From assembly GCA_903836515.1 (NCBI GenBank), contig CAILQW010000003.1, positions 33,529-97,528 of the forward strand: a stretch of 64,000 nucleotides of DNA. The letters are read 5' to 3'. The translations under genes were made by a program, and so were the position numbers. Under the pieces are notes generated by a model. It saw only the letters and a list, made by a program, of their open reading frames with translations, searched no databases and was not told where the DNA came from. Within the stretch, counting starts at the first letter, position 1; every line of letters begins with the position of its first letter. This document shows positions 9,816-18,037 of this stretch, piece by piece. This DNA is from Candidatus Omnitrophota bacterium. GTDB taxonomy: Bacteria; Omnitrophota; Gorgyraeia; Zapsychrales; Fredricksoniimonadaceae.

Positions 9816-10832
9816 TCAAATTTCTCTGCCGACAGCCTGCGCCACGCGCGCAAGCTCCTGCATCAACGCTTCAAACTGCCCGGGACGCAGCGACTGCTCG
9901 CCGTCCGACCAGGCCTCCTCCGGATTGTCGTGCACCTCGATGATCAGGCCGTCCGCGCCCGCCGCGACACCGGCTTTGGCCACACTCCCCACGAGCGCAC
10001 AGCGCCCGGTCCCGTGGCTGGGGTCGACCATCACCGGCAGATGCGATTTGAGCTTTACCACCGCAACCGCGTTGATGTCAAGGGTGTTGCGGGTCTCAGT
10101 TTCAAAGGTGCGGATCCCCCGTTCGCAGAGGATCACATCATGATTCCCGTTGGCCATCACATATTCGGCGGACATGAGCCATTCCTTGATGGTGGCGCTG
10201 ATGCCCCGCTTGAGGAGCACCGGCTTGCGCGCCTTGCCCACTTCCTTGAGCAGTGAAAAATTCTGCATGTTGCGTGCCCCCAGCTGGAGCACATCGGCAT
10301 GACGGGCGACAAGCTCCACATCCCGCGGATCCATGACCTCGGTCACGGTGGCCAGCCCGGTCTCCTGCCCCACCGCGGCAAGCATCTTCAAGCCCTCGGC
10401 ACCCAGGCCCTGAAAATCGTAAGGCGACGTGCGGGGCTTGAACGCTCCCGCGCGCAGGGCGGTACAACCCGCGGCCTTGACCTTGCGGGCAATAGACAAA
10501 AGCATGTCATACCCTTCAATGGCACAGGGCCCGGCCATGACCAGGATCTTCTTTCCGCCGATGGTGATATCCCCTTTGACCGTGATGACGGAACCTTCTT
10601 TGCGGATCTCGCGCGACACAAGCTTGTAAGGCGCCAGGACCGGCATGACCTTCTCGACCCCCGGAAAGACCTCCAGAGGGACCACCTGCAGTTTGTCTTC
10701 GGGCCCGATCAGCCCGATGATAGTGCGCGCCACACCCCGCGACACATTGGCCCTCAGCCCCAGCGCCGCCGTCTTTTCCAGAATATGGGTGACGTTCTCC
10801 TCTGTGGCTTCCGGCTTTAACACGATGATCAT
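9816..10832 (-). CDS. 3-deoxy-7-phosphoheptulonate (DAHP) synthase, type I-beta with N-terminal regulatory domain
   Basis: KDSA/DAHP-synthase core ([34 protein letters not shown]) preceded by a ~70-aa ferredoxin-like N-terminal domain. Start [12 protein letters not shown]. The ORF track extends to 10964. Confidence 0.85.
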   Translation of the reverse strand: MIIVLKPEATEENVTHILEKTAALGLRANVSRGVARTIIGLIGPEDKLQVVPLEVFPGVEKVMPVLAPYKLVSREIRKEGSVITVKGDITIGGKKILVMAGPCAIEGYDMLLSIARKVKAAGCTALRAGAFKPRTSPYDFQGLGAEGLKMLAAVGQETGLATVTEVMDPRDVELVARHADVLQLGARNMQNFSLLKEVGKARKPVLLKRGISATIKEWLMSAEYVMANGNHDVILCERGIRTFETETRNTLDINAVAVVKLKSHLPVMVDPSHGTGRCALVGSVAKAGVAAGADGLIIEVHDNPEEAWSDGEQSLRPGQFEALMQELARVAQAVGREI

Positions 10833-10974
10833 AAAATTCCTTTGAAAATTATTAATCGCACGTTTGAAACCCGTACATGTACGGGCGGGTCTAAGACCCG
10901 CCCCTACCCACCATGGAAGACATCCACCATGGAAAACATCCATCGTGGGTATCGGGCGACCCAACGGGTCGTCC

Positions 10975-12057
10975 CTACAAGAGCTCTTTCAACGACCTTA
11001 AGAATCTCTTATTCTCCGCGGGCGTGCCGACCGTCACGCGGATATAATCCTTAAGACCCCATGCGCTCATGTCGCGCACAATCACGCCTTTTTTCATCAG
11101 CTTCAGCGCCGCGTCAGTGCCGGACCCGGGCCAACGAACCTGGATAAAATTGGTTGCCCCCCGGCTGTAGGCAAGTCCCAGCCTCTCCAACCCCGCGCAA
11201 AGCCCATCACGCTCGCGCTTTAAGATCTTGAGTATCCTGGTGTAATACGCCTCATCCTTGAGCGCCGCCAACGCCGCTGCCTGGGCGATGGAGGTGACAT
11301 TAAACGGCTCACGGGCGCGGTTTAAAAGATCAGCCACAGGCGCGCTTGCCGCCGCATAGCCGATGCGCAGGCCGGCCAGGCCAAAAAGCTTGGAGAACGT
11401 CCGCGCCACGATGATATTGCCGCGGCCCTTGAGGAGCGTCATCGCGTCAAGGTAATCCTTTTCATCCCGGGCGAACTCAAAATAAGCTTCATCAAAAAAA
11501 ACGATCACGTCAGCCGGAAGCCCCTTGAGGAATGCCGCGATGGCGTCCCCGGAGGGAAACGTGCCCGCCGGATTGTCAGGATTGCCGATAAAAACGATCC
11601 GGGTTTTGGCGGTAACCGCCTTTTTCATGGCCGCAAGATCGTAGGAAAGGCCCTTGAGCGGCACTTCCACCAGCGTTGCGCCGACAGCCGTGGACGCGAT
11701 CGAATAGACGAGAAACGACGGCTTGGCCATCACAACCGCGTCGCCCTCATTGACAAAGGCGCGCAGGGCCATCACGATGATCTCGTCCGACCCGCAGCCA
11801 AAAACCAGCTGATCCGGCGCCACCTTCAGCCTCCGGGACAGTTCCTGGCGCAGGGCATAGCAGGACCCGTCCGGATAACGGTTCACATCCCTGGCCGCCG
11901 CAGCCATGGCTTTTAATACCCCGGGCGAAGGCGGGAAAGGATTCTCGTTGGACGCCAGCTTGATCACGCGCGCCAGGCCAAACTCACGCTTGACCTCCGC
12001 GATCGGCTTACCGCCGACATAGGGCTTGATCTTGAGGATATTCCTGTTTATTTTCAT
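10975..12057 (-). CDS. hisC: histidinol-phosphate/aromatic aminotransferase (class II PLP)
   Basis: Motifs IKLASNENPFPPSP, FSKLFGLAGLRIGY. 360 aa. Lies between the DAHP synthase and pheA. Confidence 0.85.
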   Translation of the reverse strand: MKINRNILKIKPYVGGKPIAEVKREFGLARVIKLASNENPFPPSPGVLKAMAAAARDVNRYPDGSCYALRQELSRRLKVAPDQLVFGCGSDEIIVMALRAFVNEGDAVVMAKPSFLVYSIASTAVGATLVEVPLKGLSYDLAAMKKAVTAKTRIVFIGNPDNPAGTFPSGDAIAAFLKGLPADVIVFFDEAYFEFARDEKDYLDAMTLLKGRGNIIVARTFSKLFGLAGLRIGYAAASAPVADLLNRAREPFNVTSIAQAAALAALKDEAYYTRILKILKRERDGLCAGLERLGLAYSRGATNFIQVRWPGSGTDAALKLMKKGVIVRDMSAWGLKDYIRVTVGTPAENKRFLRSLKELL

Positions 12058-12060
12058 ACG

Positions 12061-13134
12061 TCAAACATTCTCGGGGTACGACCCCAGGATCTTGAGAAAT
12101 TTGCACATGTTCTCGACTTCTTGAAGTGCTTTCTGGACTTTTTTGTCCTCGCGATGCCCCTTGAAGTCCACGAAGAAATAATAATCCCACGCCTTTTTCT
12201 TGATGGGCCGCGATTCAATCCGCGTAAGCGTAATGCCGTTGCGGGCAAAAGGTCCCAAAATGGAATAAAGCACCCCCACACGGTCCTTGATCGAGAAAAC
12301 AATGGAGGTCCGGTCCCTGCCGGTGGGCCGGGCATCCTGTCCGGCGATCACAAAGAAACGCGTCGAATTGTGGGCGATATCCTGCACATGGTTACGCAGG
12401 GGCGTGAGGCCGTAAATGCGCGCGCATTCCAGGGGTGCCAGGGCCGCCGCGCCTTTTTCCGCCGCCGCCGTCATGGCGCCGTCCGTTGTGGACGCCACGC
12501 TGATCTGGCGGACATTGCCGGGTGGCAGGTTCGCCATAAGCCAGTTACGGCACTGGGCCAGTACCTGCGGATTCGAATAAACTTTCCGGATCTTCTCGAA
12601 AGGCCCTTTCGCCATCAGGGCATAGGAAATCTTGAGCGTCAGCTGGGCGCACACCTGAAGTTCCGATTCCGCCAACAAGTCTGCTGTCGGAGTGACCGTC
12701 CCCTCGACCGAATTTTCGATAGGGACAACACCATGGTCGCAATCCCCCTGCGCCACGCGCTGGAACACCTCGGCAATGCTGGCACAGCCGACATAGGCCA
12801 GCTGGGACCCGAACTTCCTGACCGCCGCAGAATGGGAATTCGACCCCTCGGCCCCAAGATACGCGATGCGCAGGGGTTTCTCCAGCGAAAGGGACGAGGA
12901 CATGATCTCACGGTAAATGGCCTCGAAAGCGCCATCGGCCATGGGCCCCTTGTTGAGCGCCCGCACGCCGTCAAGGACCTGACGTTCCCGTTCGGGTGAA
13001 TAGATACCCTTGCCGGTCTTGACCTTGACCTTGCCGATCTCAAGCGACGCATGGGCGCGCTCGTTCAGCAGGGAAACAAGTTTTCCGTCAATCAGATCAA
13101 TTTTCTGGCGAAGTTGTTTCAGGTCCATCTCCAT
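12061..13134 (-). CDS. pheA: bifunctional chorismate mutase / prephenate dehydratase
   Basis: N-terminal CM domain (LRQKIDLIDGKLVSLLNERA), PDT domain, and C-terminal ACT domain. 357 aa. Confidence 0.9.
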   Translation of the reverse strand: MEMDLKQLRQKIDLIDGKLVSLLNERAHASLEIGKVKVKTGKGIYSPERERQVLDGVRALNKGPMADGAFEAIYREIMSSSLSLEKPLRIAYLGAEGSNSHSAAVRKFGSQLAYVGCASIAEVFQRVAQGDCDHGVVPIENSVEGTVTPTADLLAESELQVCAQLTLKISYALMAKGPFEKIRKVYSNPQVLAQCRNWLMANLPPGNVRQISVASTTDGAMTAAAEKGAAALAPLECARIYGLTPLRNHVQDIAHNSTRFFVIAGQDARPTGRDRTSIVFSIKDRVGVLYSILGPFARNGITLTRIESRPIKKKAWDYYFFVDFKGHREDKKVQKALQEVENMCKFLKILGSYPENV

Positions 13135-13774
13135 CCCCTTCCGGCATTATGTCCGACCCCATCAATCGCGCCTGGCCGCTCGATTCGCCCGGGATCCCGG
13201 GATCCTCCGCTGGCACACCGACTTCCTGCACATTCCCGGACATGAGCGACGGAAATTCTTCGAGCCGGGGCAAATCTTCCAGGGACCGCAGGCCGAAAAA
13301 TTCCAGAAACTGTGCGGTTGTGCCATACACATACGGCCGGCCGGGCACTTCCTTGCGCCCCGCCATCCGGACCAGACCCTTGTTGAGCAGATGCATGACG
13401 GTTCCGTCGGAGTTGACCCCGCGGATCACTTCCACATCCGTGCGGGACACCGGCTGTTTATAGGCAATGATCGCCAGGACTTCCAGCGCGGCGCGCGAGA
13501 GCTTTTCCTTATGGCGCGTCTTGTAGAACTCGCGGATATATTCCGCGAAAGCAGGGCTCGAGAGCATCTGCCAGCCGCCCGCGATCTCCACCACACTCAT
13601 CCCGCGGGGGTTATTGTCATAATCGGTCTTTAACTGGGCCAGGACAGCCTTGATATCCGCGCCGCCCGTCCCGGCAATGGCCTCCTTGAGCTGATCCACC
13701 GAAACCGGCTTCTCGCTCACGAACAACAAGGCTTCCACAGCACCCTTCACATGATCTAACGCATTCTGGTCCAT
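13097..13774 (-). CDS. scpB: segregation and condensation protein B
   Basis: Motifs EALLFVSEKPVSVDQL and tandem wHTH. 225 aa. No scpA is adjacent. Confidence 0.88.
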   Translation of the reverse strand: MDQNALDHVKGAVEALLFVSEKPVSVDQLKEAIAGTGGADIKAVLAQLKTDYDNNPRGMSVVEIAGGWQMLSSPAFAEYIREFYKTRHKEKLSRAALEVLAIIAYKQPVSRTDVEVIRGVNSDGTVMHLLNKGLVRMAGRKEVPGRPYVYGTTAQFLEFFGLRSLEDLPRLEEFPSLMSGNVQEVGVPAEDPGIPGESSGQARLMGSDIMPEGDGDGPETTSPEN

Positions 13775-13817
13775 CAGGTATCCATCCTCTCCAGGTCCTC
13801 ATCCCCCAAGACGCGCC

Positions 13818-14447
13818 TCATGTCCTGGTGGATCCGGCGTATATCTCATTCAACAGTTCTTCGACAGTAGCGATCGCGGCCTTGCGTGCCAGCGCGTGGG
13901 CGATCATATCCAACGCTTCCTGTTTCTTGTACTGAAGCTGGACCAGCACCGCGAGGGCTTCTTCCTTGAGGGCTTCCGTACCGGAAGGCACCGACGGCTT
14001 GACAGCTTTATCGGGGATGAGCGCAAAACGCCCCACCCGCCCCTGCAGTTTGGCGATGATATCCCTGGCCTTCTGCTGTCCGATACCCGGCAGGGTTTTA
14101 AGAAACGCGGCATCGCCCCCGTCAATGGCCTGGGCGATCTGGGCAATGGACCTGTTGAGCGCCCGGACCGCGGCCTTGGGGCCTATCCCGGAAACGGAGA
14201 TAAACTGTAAAAAGAATTCTTTTTCGAGCTCATTGAGAAACCCCACGAGGACCGGTGTGGCAGAGCTGGGTGTCATCAGGAAATAGTGGTAGGTGGTAAA
14301 GGAAATATGGCCGTCAGCACCAAGGGCGGCATCCAGGCGCTGGAAAACCGATGAGGGAACAAGCACCTCGTAGCCGACGCCGTTGGCCTCGACAACAACC
14401 GTGTTGTCTTTGCGTTCAACAACCTTTCCTGTGAGGCGGGAGATCAT
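13818..14447 (-). CDS. ruvA: Holliday junction DNA helicase RuvA
   Basis: N-terminus MISRLTGKVVE..ANGVGYEV, HhH motifs (GIGPKAA). 209 aa. Confidence 0.9.
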   Translation of the reverse strand: MISRLTGKVVERKDNTVVVEANGVGYEVLVPSSVFQRLDAALGADGHISFTTYHYFLMTPSSATPVLVGFLNELEKEFFLQFISVSGIGPKAAVRALNRSIAQIAQAIDGGDAAFLKTLPGIGQQKARDIIAKLQGRVGRFALIPDKAVKPSVPSGTEALKEEALAVLVQLQYKKQEALDMIAHALARKAAIATVEELLNEIYAGSTRT

Positions 14448-14478
14448 GGGCCTTCCCGACCGGCGGTCAAGCCGGTGC

Positions 14479-14976
14479 TTAACGTGAAAAACGTATCATC
14501 CCGGCGTAACCAAGCGCGAGGGCCAACGCATCGGAGGTATCGAGCGTAAGCTTTGCCGGATCAATTTTCAGAAAACTGGCGACCACACGGCGGGTCTGCT
14601 CTTTCGAGGCATTCCCGTTCCCGGACAACGCCTTGCGGATGCGTTTGGGGCTCTCTTCCACGACCGCGACAGCCTTCTGGGCGCAGACCAGGCAGATCAC
14701 GCCGCGCGCATGCCCCATCACCACCGCCGTCATCGGATGCGCCTGGTGCGCATACAATTTCTCAAGAACAACCACATCCGGCTTTTGCCTCTCCAGGATA
14801 TCGGCCAGATGCCCATGGATCTTCAAAAGTCTTTCGGCCAAAGACGCCCCTGCCTTGGGCTCGATCGACCCGGCTTCAACCGCCTGCGGGCGGCCGTCGG
14901 GGGCATACCCCACGACACCGTACCCCGTGGCCTTCAGCCCCGGGTCAATGCCCATCACGCGCCGCGTTGGCGTCAT
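14479..14976 (-). CDS. ruvC: crossover junction endodeoxyribonuclease RuvC
   Basis: Motif GIDPGLKATGYGVV. 165 aa. Confidence 0.9.
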   Translation of the reverse strand: MTPTRRVMGIDPGLKATGYGVVGYAPDGRPQAVEAGSIEPKAGASLAERLLKIHGHLADILERQKPDVVVLEKLYAHQAHPMTAVVMGHARGVICLVCAQKAVAVVEESPKRIRKALSGNGNASKEQTRRVVASFLKIDPAKLTLDTSDALALALGYAGMIRFSR

Positions 14977-15722
14977 TCGCCCAGCGCCGCCATATCTTCG
15001 TCGGAAATATCGAAATTGGCGTACACGTTCTGCACGTCCTCGTAATCCTCGATCGCCTCGATGAGGGCCAGCACATTTTTGGCCTCTGAGCCGGAAACCT
15101 TTTTGGTCGTGGTCGGGATCATGGTGACCTCGGCGGTCTTCATGGAGATCTTCTTGCCTTCCAGCGCCTTGCGGACCGGTTCCAGCTGGGAAGGTTCGGT
15201 CGTGATGGAATAAACATCGCCTTCGGTGACCATATCCTCGGCACCGGCCTCAAGGATAATGTCCATGAGGGAAGATTCGTCGATGCCCTTGGTCTCGACC
15301 TCGATCAGGCCTTTTTTACTGAAAATAAACGCGGTGGATCCCGGGGACGCCAGCGCACCGTTCTTGCGGTTCAAGATGGTGCGGATCTCCGCGGTCGTAC
15401 GATTCTTGTTGTCGGTCAGGCCCTCGATATACAGTGCGACACCGCCGGGAGCATACGCATCGAACGTGAAAGATTCATAAATCACGCCTTCAATGTCGCC
15501 CGTGCCTTTCTTGATAGCATTCTCGACGTTGGTGGAAGGCATCCCCAGTCCCCGGGCACGCAGCATGGCGGTACGCAGACGCGGATTGACATCAGGGTCC
15601 CCGCCGCCTTCCTTCGCCGCCGTAACGATCTCACGGGTGATCTTGGTGAACGCCGCGCCGCGCTTGGCGTCAGTGATACCTTTTTTATGTTTGATCTTGG
15701 CCCATTTTGAATGACCTGACAT
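14973..15722 (-). CDS. yebC: YebC/PmpR-family transcriptional regulator
   Basis: N-terminus MSGHSKWAKIKHKKG. 249 aa. Forms the conserved yebC-ruvC-ruvA arrangement. Confidence 0.9.
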   Translation of the reverse strand: MSGHSKWAKIKHKKGITDAKRGAAFTKITREIVTAAKEGGGDPDVNPRLRTAMLRARGLGMPSTNVENAIKKGTGDIEGVIYESFTFDAYAPGGVALYIEGLTDNKNRTTAEIRTILNRKNGALASPGSTAFIFSKKGLIEVETKGIDESSLMDIILEAGAEDMVTEGDVYSITTEPSQLEPVRKALEGKKISMKTAEVTMIPTTTKKVSGSEAKNVLALIEAIEDYEDVQNVYANFDISDEDMAALGE

Positions 15723-15809
15723 TGAATCTCTCCTGTTGACTACCTTTTAACTTTAAGTGCAATCTTTTTATCGTCAATGCCCCGTCTTATACGGAAGCAT
15801 GCTGATCAT

Positions 15810-16207
15810 ACAGAAAGCAGGCCACATAAGCCGAGTTCTGTGCCCGGACGGCACGTGCATGCCGTCAGAGGACGACCATCCAACTTACTCCCGGAGTCGC
15901 CTCCGGGACTCTTGCGGCCTACCCGAGAATAATAACAAGGCGGATCGCCTCGCCTTCCTTTAAGACCTTGCGGCCCACGGAAGATCTTCTCCTATTTGGC
16001 CTTGCTCCACGCAGAGATGCCTCGTTTCACTCCCCACTGAAGGGACTCGTCTCTGTGGCTCTTTTCGTCCACTCCGGATCTGCCCGCCGTGAAAGCGCGC
16101 GCACACGGAATGTCCCCAGCATTACCTGGGTGCGTTATCCTTGGGAGCTCGGACTTTCCTCCCCCATGATGAATACATCGGGGCGGTCGTCTATGGCCGC
16201 TTTCTGC
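15810..16207 (-). ncRNA. rnpB: RNase P RNA (bacterial type A)
   Basis: Minus strand carries GGGAGGAAAGUCCGAGCUCC (P4 5' strand), GGAGCAAGGCCAAAUAGG, GGGUAGGCCGCAAGAG and ACAGAACUCGGCUUAU (P4 3' strand). P1 is formed by CAGAAAGCGGCCAUA / UGUGGCCUGCUUUCUG. Confidence 0.85.
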
Positions 16208-16608
16208 GAAATTTTTGCCTTGAGCGCCGATGTGGCCAGGAGATCAGCGTCCTTGTTCTCCTCCCGTGGCACCACCTTGCACTCCACCTTGCTGAAACCT
16301 TTCAAGAGATCCAGGGCTTGCGCATGCAGAGGCTTCATGTTGGGGTGCTTGACCTTGTAATCGCCCTTGAGCTGATAAAACAACAACTGGCTGTCGGTGC
16401 GCAGGCGGACATGTTCGGCCCCCAGGGCTTTTGCCTCACAAAGACCGCGGATGAATGCCCGGTATTCCGCGATATTATTGGTGGCCTCGCCGATGGCCTG
16501 CGAAACTTCCAGGACCTTGACACCGTCTTTGCGGATGACAACGCCGATCCCGGCAGGGCCAGGATTCCCGCTGCAGGCGCCATCCGAGAATATTTCAAAA
16601 ACATGCAT
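16135..16608 (-). CDS. rnhA: ribonuclease H-like protein (RNase HI family)
   Basis: Motifs IFSDGACSGNPGPAGIGVV, TNNIAEYRA. Start MHVFEIF at 16608 overlaps the upstream stop (TGATG). The last ~24 codons run into the rnpB 5' region. Confidence 0.8.
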   Translation of the reverse strand: MHVFEIFSDGACSGNPGPAGIGVVIRKDGVKVLEVSQAIGEATNNIAEYRAFIRGLCEAKALGAEHVRLRTDSQLLFYQLKGDYKVKHPNMKPLHAQALDLLKGFSKVECKVVPREENKDADLLATSALKAKISQKAAIDDRPDVFIMGEESPSSQG

Positions 16609-17333
16609 CAGAGCTCGCCCGCAAGATACAGGATCCGGGCACAGGTCTCGCAACGGACAACTTCATCGCACATCTTGAGTTTATTAAGCATCTGCGAGGT
16701 CTGCTTCATGTAGCATCCGCCGCAGGCATCATTCAGGATCGGGACCATGGCCAGGCCCATGCGGTTTTCCACCAGGCGCTCGTACATCGCGAGCGTGACC
16801 GCATCGATCCCTTCACAGGCCACGTTACGCTCCGCCTCAAAGGTCGCCACCTTGTCCTGCAAATCCTTGAGCAGGGCATCTACTTTTTGCTTCTCGGCAA
16901 GGTATTTGCTTTCTTCCGCATCCACCACCGTTTTTTCACGGGACATTTCTTCCGTCACCTTGGTGGTCTCGTCAAAGAAACGCAGGATCTCATCTTCAAG
17001 GGCCGACTGGTCGGCTTTCATGTTCTCGATCTCAAAAAGCTTGGCCTGGTATTCCCTGTTGGTCTTGAGGGTCATCAAGACTGTATTGGCCTTGACGATC
17101 TCCTGCTCTTTGGACTTAAGGTCAAGTTCCTTGGCCTTGCGGGAACGTTCCAGGTCAAAAAGACGCGTTTCAAGCTCGCGGTAACGCGTCTGCTTCTTTT
17201 CAAACACGGACTTCACGTCATCCAGCAGAGCCGGTTTGGCCTTGATCTCGCGCTTGAACTCATAGACCTCAGCATCGATCTTCTGCAGTGCAACGAGTTT
17301 TCTTAAAAGGTCTTTCACATCCTTGCCAGCCAC
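16608..17333 (-). CDS. C4-type zinc-ribbon domain protein (COG1579/DUF164 family)
   Basis: Long coiled-coil region plus C-terminal CGGC...CETC zinc ribbon. A GTG start at 17333 has GAAAGG 7-8 nt upstream. The ORF-track GTG at 17384 lies inside the tRNA-Val trailer duplication, so it is probably not the start. Confidence 0.75.
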   Translation of the reverse strand: MAGKDVKDLLRKLVALQKIDAEVYEFKREIKAKPALLDDVKSVFEKKQTRYRELETRLFDLERSRKAKELDLKSKEQEIVKANTVLMTLKTNREYQAKLFEIENMKADQSALEDEILRFFDETTKVTEEMSREKTVVDAEESKYLAEKQKVDALLKDLQDKVATFEAERNVACEGIDAVTLAMYERLVENRMGLAMVPILNDACGGCYMKQTSQMLNKLKMCDEVVRCETCARILYLAGEL

Positions 17334-17371
17334 AACATGCCTTTCTATTAAGATCGAAAAACTTTTGAAGC

Positions 17372-17419
17372 CCTTCTGAATCACTTACTCAAAAAATCTG
17401 GTGGACGCAGAAGGACTTG
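17372..17419 (-). repeat. 48-nt direct-repeat copy of the tRNA-Val 3' end plus trailer
   Basis: Near-identical to 17511-17558 (tRNA-Val T-loop 3' half, acceptor 3' strand, CCA and 28 nt of trailer). Confidence 0.7.
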
Positions 17420-17510
17420 GCGCCCTCACGCCCTGCGGGCTTCGGGTCGGCCATTCGGCCCGCCTCAAGCATCCTCCTATGCGTCGGATGCAGCGGGCCT
17501 CAAATCAAGT
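17420..17510 (-). repeat. ~90-nt GC-rich structured element, copy 1 (tRNA-Val-associated)
   Basis: About 96% identical to copy 2 (17699-17788). Internal nested hairpins GGCCCGC/GCGGGCC and GCATCC/GGATGC. Flanked by the tRNA 3'-end direct repeat and preceded (minus strand) by an inverted T-arm fragment CAGAAGGACTT. Confidence 0.65.
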
Positions 17511-17537
17511 CCTTCTGAATCACTTACTCAAAAAATC

Positions 17538-17614
17538 TGGTGGACGCAGAAGGACTTGAACCTTCGACCTCTGCCATGTGAGGGCAGCGCTCTAACCAGC
17601 TGAGCTATGCGTCC
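17538..17614 (-). tRNA. tRNA-Val (anticodon CAC)
   Basis: GGACGCATAGCTCAGCTGGTTAGAGCGCTGCCCTCACATGGCAGAGGTCGAAGGTTCAAGTCCTTCTGCGTCCACCA. Cloverleaf fits, anticodon loop CTCACAT, CCA is encoded. Confidence 0.9.
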
Positions 17615-17680
17615 GTGATATATCAATCAATGCAGAGCCGTTGCACGCAACGGCTCTACCACACCAACCAAATAATAAAA

Positions 17681-17698
17681 CTGGGCCCGCCAGGACTC
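17681..17698 (-). repeat. 18-nt direct-repeat copy of the tRNA-Ile2 3' end
   Basis: ctgggcccgccaggactc is identical to 17818-17835 (tRNA-Ile2 T-loop 3' half, acceptor 3' strand and discriminator). Confidence 0.65.
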
Positions 17699-17788
17699 GG
17701 CGCCCTCACGCCCTGCGGGCTTCGGGTCGGCCACTCGGCCCGCCTCAAGCATCCTCCTATGCGTCGGATGCAGCGGGCCTCAAGTCTC
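17699..17788 (-). repeat. ~90-nt GC-rich structured element, copy 2 (tRNA-Ile2-associated)
   Basis: Same element as 17420-17510 with 2-3 substitutions. Preceded (minus strand) by a trailer and an inverted T-stem fragment GCCAGGAC. Confidence 0.65.
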
Positions 17789-17818
17789 GTCCTGGCAAAA
17801 ACTTATTTAAAAAATTAC

Positions 17819-17892
17819 TGGGCCCGCCAGGACTCGAACCCGGGACCAAGAGATTATGAGTCTCCTGCTCTAACCGACTGAGCTACAGGCCC
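17819..17892 (-). tRNA. tRNA with CAU anticodon, most like tRNA-Ile2 (lysidine), alternatively elongator Met
   Basis: GGGCCTGTAGCTCAGTCGGTTAGAGCAGGAGACTCATAATCTCTTGGTCCCGGGTTCGAGTCCTGGCGGGCCCA. Anticodon loop CTCATAA, variable loop TTGGTC as in ileX-type tRNAs. CCA is not encoded. Confidence 0.85.
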
Positions 17893-17922
17893 GGAAATCT
17901 GTACTCCTGATCCAGGTAAAAA

Positions 17923-17950
17923 TCCGAGATGAAAGAGAATATCACAAGGG
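17923..17950 (-). promoter_or_regulatory. putative sigma70 promoter for the tRNA-Ile2/tRNA-Val transcript
   Basis: On the minus strand: TTGAAA, a 17-nt spacer, then TATTCT, about 30 nt upstream of the tRNA 5' end. Confidence 0.3.
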
Positions 17951-17972
17951 ATAAATATTTTCAACTTATTAA

Positions 17973-18004
17973 TATATGATAAAGGGCCTGTTTGGGTAGC
18001 CCCA
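17973..18004 (-). terminator. putative terminator hairpin downstream of rpoD
   Basis: 14-bp perfect stem agggcctgtttggg / cccaaacaggccct, followed on the minus strand by TTATCATATATT. Confidence 0.5.
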
Positions 18005-18037
18005 AACAGGCCCTAACTATCGCCTCAATCCCGAAGA

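Noticed and set aside
16608-17384. GTG at 17384 as the start of the zinc-ribbon gene
   Set aside because: The first four codons fall inside the duplicated tRNA-Val trailer repeat, and no RBS precedes them. A GTG at 17333 with GAAAGG upstream gives a family-typical N-terminus.
17420-17510. Small ORF inside the 90-nt element (TAGGAGGATG... and GAATGGCC...)
   Set aside because: SD-ATG spacing is zero for the first ATG. The second ATG is GTG in copy 2, and the downstream reading frames diverge immediately between the two copies. Best treated as non-coding.
17381-17835. tRNA 3'-end direct repeats as attL/attR of an integrated prophage or genomic island
   Set aside because: Only ~90-140 nt lie between the repeat copies. 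No integrase, recombinase or cargo genes are present. Reported instead as a miniature tRNA-associated element.
17615-17881. 88-aa plus-strand ORF
   Set aside because: Spans tRNA-Ile2, the repeat element and the tRNA-Val region on the opposite strand. GTG start and no RBS.
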